Assembly: GCA_008632985.1 (NCBI GenBank)
Contig: QPGO01000023.1
Location: 465,266 to 491,236, forward strand
DNA from: Psammoneis japonica
Taxonomy: Eukaryota
Reading direction: 5' to 3'
DNA length: 25,971 nt
Shown: one piece after another, positions 20,158 through 25,971 of the stretch
Position numbering within the stretch: the first letter of the stretch is position 1
Layout of the letters: each line of letters opens with the position of its first letter
The notes under the pieces: generated by a model
Database searches by the model: none
What the model saw: only the letters and a program-made list of their open reading frames with translations
Told to the model about the DNA's origin: nothing
Position numbers and translations under genes: made by a program

Positions 20158-22002
20158 ATGAAAATAAGAAATATAGATACGATCAATCTGAGAAAAGTCA
20201 CAGCATCCTGGTATAAGTCGCGAAGAACATCCCTGATGATTGAGTTATTTCTCACAACAACATGCTTCTTTAGCAGCTGTCGAAACTTTTACGTGGGCGC
20301 CTTTGTTCCAGAAATAAATCAGAAAGTGCGTCTGCCACGAGATGCTCGATACATAGCAACAACACCGCCTGAAAGAATACAACAACGTCAGAATAGTCTT
20401 CAGCTACGTGGTACTCAAGAGGCTATTTCAGATCTCGCAGAGGTGGACGTTTTGTATGGATACCGCACACAACTGGTGTATGATCCCAAACTGGAAAGAT
20501 ATGTTCCCATTTCACAGGATCATGTGTCACTTCCCAACAATATTAATGGAGAGGGTGCAGCAGACGAAAATTACGATGCTTCTTCGTCACATTTTGCTCA
20601 TCGAATAACGAGTCACTTCGCAAAGACTCCACCAGGCAGACTCGCTCGTAGAGTCAAGTCTCGAATCATGCCAACGCTCAAGGCATCCTTTCTGCCCGAA
20701 GGCGTCTCTCCATCGTACTACACGTTTGTTCGATGGAGAATTTTGCAGCGATTTGTAAACGCAAACGTTCACGTCTTTGGAACACAAAGTCTGCTCTTGG
20801 GGTTGGGATTAAAGAGCCGGTCGTTGGGCTTGAGTGCCGCGTTGAACTGGGTTCTAAAGGATGCACTGGGTAAGGTGACACGAATGGCGACGGCTTCCAA
20901 AATGGGACGCAAGTTTGATTCGGATGCCAAGAGATGGCGGTTCCGAAGTTCCCTCATGTTTGCGTTGGGCAACTTTTTGGAGATTGTCACGTACATTTTT
21001 CCACAGTTGTTTCTACTATGGGCCACTGTTGCCAATTGCTGCAAGCAAGTTTCCATGTTGACAAGTTCTTCTACTAGAACAGCCTTGTACAATTCCTTTC
21101 GCGATGGTACTAGAGAAAACATTGGTGATATTATCGCCAAGGGCGAGGCTCAAATCGCCGTGGTGGATCTCTTGGGGATTGCCAGTGGCGTTTCCTTGTC
21201 TCGAGCCGTGGGAACGTCTGTCCGATCCGTCCTGGCGGTGTACTTTTGTCTCCAAGTGATTGAAATCTTTTGCATGTACCATGAAATTCGGGCCGTGCAA
21301 TTCCGAGTCATGAATTTTGAACGACTCCAAAAGGTTGTCAATGTCTTTGTCAACCAGTATTTTGGAGACTACGAGATCGACTCCTGTATTCTACAAACTC
21401 CAAAGGAAATGGCTCAGGACGAAAAGATCTTTTTACCACCACGTCACCTGGAACGTCGAGCTATTGCGTTTGGATCGCTAAGCCGAGCCAAGCTCGCACC
21501 AGATGAATTGCAAGACTTGCTAAAAATATTCAAGAATGAAAAGTACATGATTGTAGTGGGCGCCGACGTGAAGAACCACCCCCGTCGACGAGCATCCAAA
21601 GCAGAGGAGAATTGCCACATCGTCTTGCACAAGGATGCTGGTAACAGTGACATTGTCAAGACGGTGTTGGCCTTGTCGCTGCTGCGTAAGAAGCTGAGCA
21701 AAATGAAGAATCCTCCGACTCGATCTCGAGACTGCATGGATATGATTGCCGAAACAAAGAAGGAGGCAGATCTGTTGTTTCCCGTGCTTCTCAATGCAAT
21801 GGCGAGACACGGATGGGCACCGCCGTCGAGATTTATGTTTGGACGAGTCACAATGAGAGCCGATTGGCCTTTGTCGAAAAGAAGCGACGAAAAGAGTAAA
21901 GCCAAAGAGAGTGATCCCACGAAAACGGAACCCACAAAAACAGAAACGAAAAAAGCAGAAAAGGATACCGACAAAAGGATGGAACAGCAGGATGTACCTT
22001 GA
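20158..22002 (+). CDS. RUS1/DUF647 (root UVB sensitive-like) family protein, possibly plastid-targeted
   Basis: Motifs FLPEGVSPSYYTFVRWR, AALNWVLKDALGK, FDSDAKRWRF, ENIGDIIAKGEAQ and VQFRVMNFERL. First in-frame ATG at 20158, alternative at 20236; the ORF track opens at GTG 20089. Confidence 0.88.
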   Translation: MKIRNIDTINLRKVTASWYKSRRTSLMIELFLTTTCFFSSCRNFYVGAFVPEINQKVRLPRDARYIATTPPERIQQRQNSLQLRGTQEAISDLAEVDVLYGYRTQLVYDPKLERYVPISQDHVSLPNNINGEGAADENYDASSSHFAHRITSHFAKTPPGRLARRVKSRIMPTLKASFLPEGVSPSYYTFVRWRILQRFVNANVHVFGTQSLLLGLGLKSRSLGLSAALNWVLKDALGKVTRMATASKMGRKFDSDAKRWRFRSSLMFALGNFLEIVTYIFPQLFLLWATVANCCKQVSMLTSSSTRTALYNSFRDGTRENIGDIIAKGEAQIAVVDLLGIASGVSLSRAVGTSVRSVLAVYFCLQVIEIFCMYHEIRAVQFRVMNFERLQKVVNVFVNQYFGDYEIDSCILQTPKEMAQDEKIFLPPRHLERRAIAFGSLSRAKLAPDELQDLLKIFKNEKYMIVVGADVKNHPRRRASKAEENCHIVLHKDAGNSDIVKTVLALSLLRKKLSKMKNPPTRSRDCMDMIAETKKEADLLFPVLLNAMARHGWAPPSRFMFGRVTMRADWPLSKRSDEKSKAKESDPTKTEPTKTETKKAEKDTDKRMEQQDVP

Positions 22003-22059
22003 TAGATACGCTACGTGACAATTTCATTCAACCACTGAAGCGGTTCAAAAGGTTTATCA

Positions 22060-23049
22060 TTATCGAATGCTAAAATAATGATGAAGCATATCCTGTGTTG
22101 TCCCCTCGCTCGTGTGCGAAGTATTCAAGCATAGCTGAAACACATGCTTGGATGCTTGAACTGCCAATTCGGTAACACTCGCAAGGACACCAAACGCAAC
22201 CGACCCGACATGGTGCTTGTGGATCCCACAGACCCCTTGTTGCGGATCCACAGCCATGCTTACTAGACACGAAGCGCATGCCTCCTCTTCTAGCGTCGCA
22301 TCTAAAAGCAATACAGTTTGTGGGCACTTGAGTACATGCACCGTGACAATGATTGGACACTGTTCTACACCTGGCGGTGGCAAAGCGTTGACCATATCCC
22401 CGTCTACCGCCAAATCATATGTTGCAGAGGATGGCTTTGTGCCATCTGTCTTTGTTTTGGAAGAAATAGGCGTAATGGCGGGTAGTCGAGTTTGTCGCAG
22501 GGCCGCACGCATCACCATGGCGCACACATCAGCGACATTTCCCTCACAAGCAAGAATCAACAGGTCAATGCTCAGCCTCCACACGTATTGATTTGGAACG
22601 ACACATAATCCACTTTTATCTACAGCATGTGGTAGCCAGAGACGCCTTATTAACGACTGAAGTTCCATATCAGCCTGTCTTTGTCGCCGACGAGTCGATG
22701 ACGCTGCTTGACTGGGAGGAATAGCTCGATCCACGTGAAGTTCCAGCACACCCTCGTTGGGAGCGTTGGGGGCAGGATGGACCAAGTCAGCCTTGACTGA
22801 ACACAACACATGAGTATTTCCTCCCGGTAACAAGATCCGAGCCGATCCATGTGAGAGAGCTAACGGTCCTTCTCCTGAGGAATCCAACGAGGAGTGCGTG
22901 CTCAGGGTGTAGCATCTGTAGTCGATACAAGCACGTCCATCTAAACGAGAGTCTTCACGACATCCCTCCATCACATAACGTCTTTCTGATGAGGATATGG
23001 TATTCTCGGGATTATACCTCGTTGGTGTCGCTGTATTTGTAGCAGCCAT
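22060..23049 (-). CDS. RRP42: Exosome complex RNase PH-like subunit, RRP42/EXOSC7-like
   Basis: 329-aa ORF with RLDGRxxxDYR, SHGSARI, VLCSVKA, WRLSIDLLILACEGNVAD, ALRQTRLP and LLDATLEEE. RRP42 is preferred over RRP43/RRP45 on N-terminal pattern and length. Confidence 0.8.
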   Translation of the reverse strand: MAATNTATPTRYNPENTISSSERRYVMEGCREDSRLDGRACIDYRCYTLSTHSSLDSSGEGPLALSHGSARILLPGGNTHVLCSVKADLVHPAPNAPNEGVLELHVDRAIPPSQAASSTRRRQRQADMELQSLIRRLWLPHAVDKSGLCVVPNQYVWRLSIDLLILACEGNVADVCAMVMRAALRQTRLPAITPISSKTKTDGTKPSSATYDLAVDGDMVNALPPPGVEQCPIIVTVHVLKCPQTVLLLDATLEEEACASCLVSMAVDPQQGVCGIHKHHVGSVAFGVLASVTELAVQASKHVFQLCLNTSHTSEGTTQDMLHHYFSIR

Positions 23050-23199
23050 GGCTTAAAATATAAATAATGCTATGGCGGTACCTATGTTCAATGTTCATTC
23101 CAGCCGCCGCCGTCCGCCATAGCCTTCGCCATTTTTATTTTGCCGTGCCCCCGTTTTGCACGGAATAGGACAGACGGACAGTCGGCTCCATTCACTGCC

Positions 23200-23345
23200 A
23201 CACTATCTCTGCTCTCTCTGCTGGCTAGAGTAGGGCTAGAGAGCAGCTGCCAGCTAGCAGCCACTCTCTCCACTGCTGGAGAGTGCAGTAGAGAGAGAGA
23301 GAGAGCAGCAGCAGCAGCTGCAGCAGCAGAGCTCCAAGAGCTGAG
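23200..23345. repeat. Low-complexity CTAG/AGAG/CAG tract at the edge of the TE block
   Basis: (AG)n and (CAG)n runs; 23209-23251 resembles revcomp of 9592-9638. Confidence 0.6.
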
Positions 23346-23879
23346 TGCTGCACAGTCTTGTGGAACATTGAACCAGGAACGGCCCTGACACGTCACCGTT
23401 TAGACCAGAATGGTCAAATTTTCACTGACCACTTTTCCAGCATTCTCTGCAGGAATCAGTGCCAAGGAGCAGACTCCCAGCCAGCAGTTCTGGAAAATTG
23501 GGCCAGCGCTGTTTCTCTTTTTGTTCATTCTTGCTGCCACAGTTGTCAATCAATCATGCCAGGAGGAGGAAGAAGTGTGCAGCACAGCAGCTCTGCTCGA
23601 AATGGCGGGCGTGTGCACCCACCGATCAGTGCAACGCTGATGACTCTGTGCCGATCATCAGGGGTGACTTGGATGAGCCCCCTCCCCCAGACCTTGTCAA
23701 AAGACGCAATGAAACCACAAAGATGGCCACTGGTGACAAGTGCAGATGAAACTGTTGCCAACAATTTGTGCGAATGCAAAGTTTTGGAAAGAAAATGACC
23801 CTGATTGTCATGCACTCTTGGTGTGCAATCAGCTTCAGCAGGAGATCTGGTTGACAAGACAAAGCTCTTTTTTGGCTCA

Positions 23880-24800
23880 TGCTGATGAGACAAGTTTTCA
23901 CTGCACCTTTTGGCATCGAACAAGCTCAAAAGGAGGATGGAAAGCTCAACTCATTCCAGGACTTGCGGAAATGCAAAGATGCCATCATCATGTGGGGTGC
24001 ACCAAGATGGCATCTGCTTGCTTGCCTCAGAGCTTCCATGAAATGTTTGACACTTTCCTTGAAGAAAAAAGGTGAAGTTGATGACAGCTCAGCTGATCCC
24101 ATCCCAGTGTCACTGCACACAAGTCAGTGCTTGGGTGGGGGCCTCGGAGTCCAACAAGAACTCATTTGCGTGGTTTTGGACCATTGTGCAATGGAATTTT
24201 GTGGCAAGGTTGACATCTGTGGATCCACCACAAATTCAAAATTTCAAGCAAAGCCCAAAGAGCTTGGCTGGAAAGTGTGATGAAGCCAAGGCAGACAAGG
24301 CCAGAGAAATGCTTTCCAAGAAAAATGTGTTTGCCAGCTCAACAATTGGACCATGTGCTTCTGGACTGGCAAGGGAACATGATGTGTGATTCACGGGGAT
24401 GAACTCAAGGATGACAATGCTCTGTTCTTGGACAAAGGTGCAAAAGAGGGGAGACGACTGCTGTTGCAAAATGATGCAAGCAACTTGTTGGAGTTTTGGA
24501 GTTGCACATGGATGAAGCAATGAACCATGTGGACCCCAGCAAGGTGAGTTTGCATGGCACTTGCAAGGGCTCACCCCCCCCCCCCCCCACCACCACTGCC
24601 ATTGGGAGTGCAGTTGATTGCAGCTGGCATTTTGGTGGTGTTGGTGGTGACCAATGCTTGGGTGGATGTTGGCTGGTTTGGATCCAAGATTCAAGTGACT
24701 CATCATTCGGCATTCTCCCACCCTTCTCATTGAGCACTTGTGGATTCATTGGCAAACAAAAAGGTGAAACTTGGAATGCCAAAAACATTTGGCAAGAACA
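23880..24800 (+). pseudogene. Crypton-like tyrosine recombinase, degenerate
   Basis: Ordered motifs across frameshifts: ADPIPVSLH; FAWFWTIVQWNFVAR (first catalytic Arg at 24207); KADKA...KNVFA; HGTCKG at 24553 (HxxR with R>C); GDQCLG at 24646 (expected GDQYxG); FGILPP. Recognised from stramenopile Crypton-type recombinases. Confidence 0.75.
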
Positions 24801-25009
24801 AGAACATGACAGATGAGCACAAGACCTTCACTCCTGTTTCACTGTGCTTTGCGTGCACGATCTGTCATGCTGAATCCCTCTCCACTTCCCAGCCAAGCAA
24901 ACAACTTTCAGTGCACACACCCCATGAAACACTCAGACATTTCATTGCTCCTGTTTTGGCTCCCAGAAGACTCAGATGAAAAAGTTGCAGATGAAGAGTG
25001 ATGCTGCAG

Positions 25010-25050
25010 NNNNNNNNNNNNNNNNNNNNNNNNNNNNNNNNNNNNNNNNN
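25010..25050. other. Assembly gap (41 N)
   Basis: Run of N; true adjacency of the flanking elements is unverified. Confidence 1.
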
Positions 25051-25971
25051 TCTTGGAGGTGCTGTCACTTGTGCCATTTGTCTTCCATGGCATGTGTTCT
25101 TGCAAACTCAAATTTTCTTCCTGAAGAATTACAAACAGTTCAACAGAAGGTGATGTGGGCCATGTTTGCAAAATGCGGGTGCAACAGAAATGCAAAGTGC
25201 CCCAATTGCGTTTGGTCCCCACAGTCTCTGGGAGGTGGAGGCTTGGCTGTCAGACCACCAGATGCAGAGCAAGGAGCATCTCAGTTGCAACAGCTGGTGA
25301 AACATTCATGTGGAGTGGAAAATTTGCAATTGGGAGTTGATCAACCACACAAACCACTGCACACAGCAGTTGCTTGGATTCAGTTGAACCTGGGAGTGGG
25401 AGAGAGCTTCTTGTGGGAACTGGGCACGGTGCTTCCCCACTTGGAATCCTGTTGGCTCAGCTTGGTTTGATCTTTTTCACACAGGATCCCAGGCAAAGTG
25501 CACTTGACTCACAACTGTGTTCTTCCTCTTCAATGAGACAATGACCAGCACATCATGGACACAGTCCTTCAGCCCCAGATTTTCTCTCACTGAGAAATTT
25601 GTTGGATCAATGGCTGTCAACAACACCCACAAGTGCTGTCAGCTTCAGATGCTGCACTGTCAGATGGCCTTGCCCTGGACACAATGAAAGTGACAGGATG
25701 TCCTCTTGCCTCAGCAGCATCCTCAGCACATTGAACAACACAAACCAGGATCCAGGGCTCGGTCAGTGTGGTGGAAACTGTGTGCACTGCTGTCATCCAA
25801 CTGCTCATGTTGATTGAAAGACCCCCCCCATGGAATTGGTTGGCTCCCCCTTCCAAGACATGGATGCAAGCATCAGTGCATGTTTCTCCATCAGAAGAAC
25901 ACTTGCGCATCAGGTCACCTGAAGGTTTTGACAGTTCCTGTGCCACATCAGAAGAATCCTTTCCTGGTGAA
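25051..25971 (+). pseudogene. Non-LTR retrotransposon ORF relic, region downstream of the RT core (diatom Ambal-like assignment tentative)
   Basis: One frame reads AKCGCNRN, PQSLGGGG, EQGASQLQQLVKH, AWIQLNLGVG, LPHLESCW, PLQ*DNDQHIMD and INGCQQHPQV, matching the remembered pattern KCGYNRN / GP..LGG.G / LPHLE..W / PLQRxNDxYIMD / IN.CR.YLQV. Confidence 0.75.

Noticed and set aside
21444..21974. 176-aa antisense ORF and other ORFs overlapping GH5, RUS1 and RRP42
   Set aside because: Shadow frames of well-supported genes.
23880..25971. A single composite recombinase + RT (DIRS-like) element
   Set aside because: The parts are separated by an assembly gap, and the RT-side motifs look non-LTR rather than DIRS-type.

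Overview
Eukaryotic genomic DNA, most likely a diatom or related stramenopile (inferred from compact intron-poor genes, a bipartite plastid-type presequence and the TE types). Two islands of ordinary genes: 4707-6504 holds a small membrane protein and a SAYSvFN-domain gene; 16762-23049 holds a secreted GH5 + 3xCBM6 hydrolase, a RUS1/DUF647 gene and exosome subunit RRP42. They alternate with three blocks of decayed transposable elements (1-~4695, ~7700-~16050, ~23250-25971) containing a DDE transposase relic, nested TIR elements, a Crypton-like tyrosine recombinase relic and a non-LTR retrotransposon relic. The main signal is that these blocks have lost almost all TpA (and mostly CpG) dinucleotides, converted to TpG/CpA. 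CpG loss fits 5mC deamination, but TpA loss requires A>G transitions on either strand, the opposite of fungal RIP. It is visible between two copies of a repeat inside one element, as Tyr>Cys/His changes in conserved motifs of three unrelated TE classes, and in surviving TAs that sit mostly in Y-TA-R context. This suggests a host repeat-directed adenine hypermutation system; its enzyme is not encoded in this window. All counts are by eye and family calls rest on motif recognition, not database searches.
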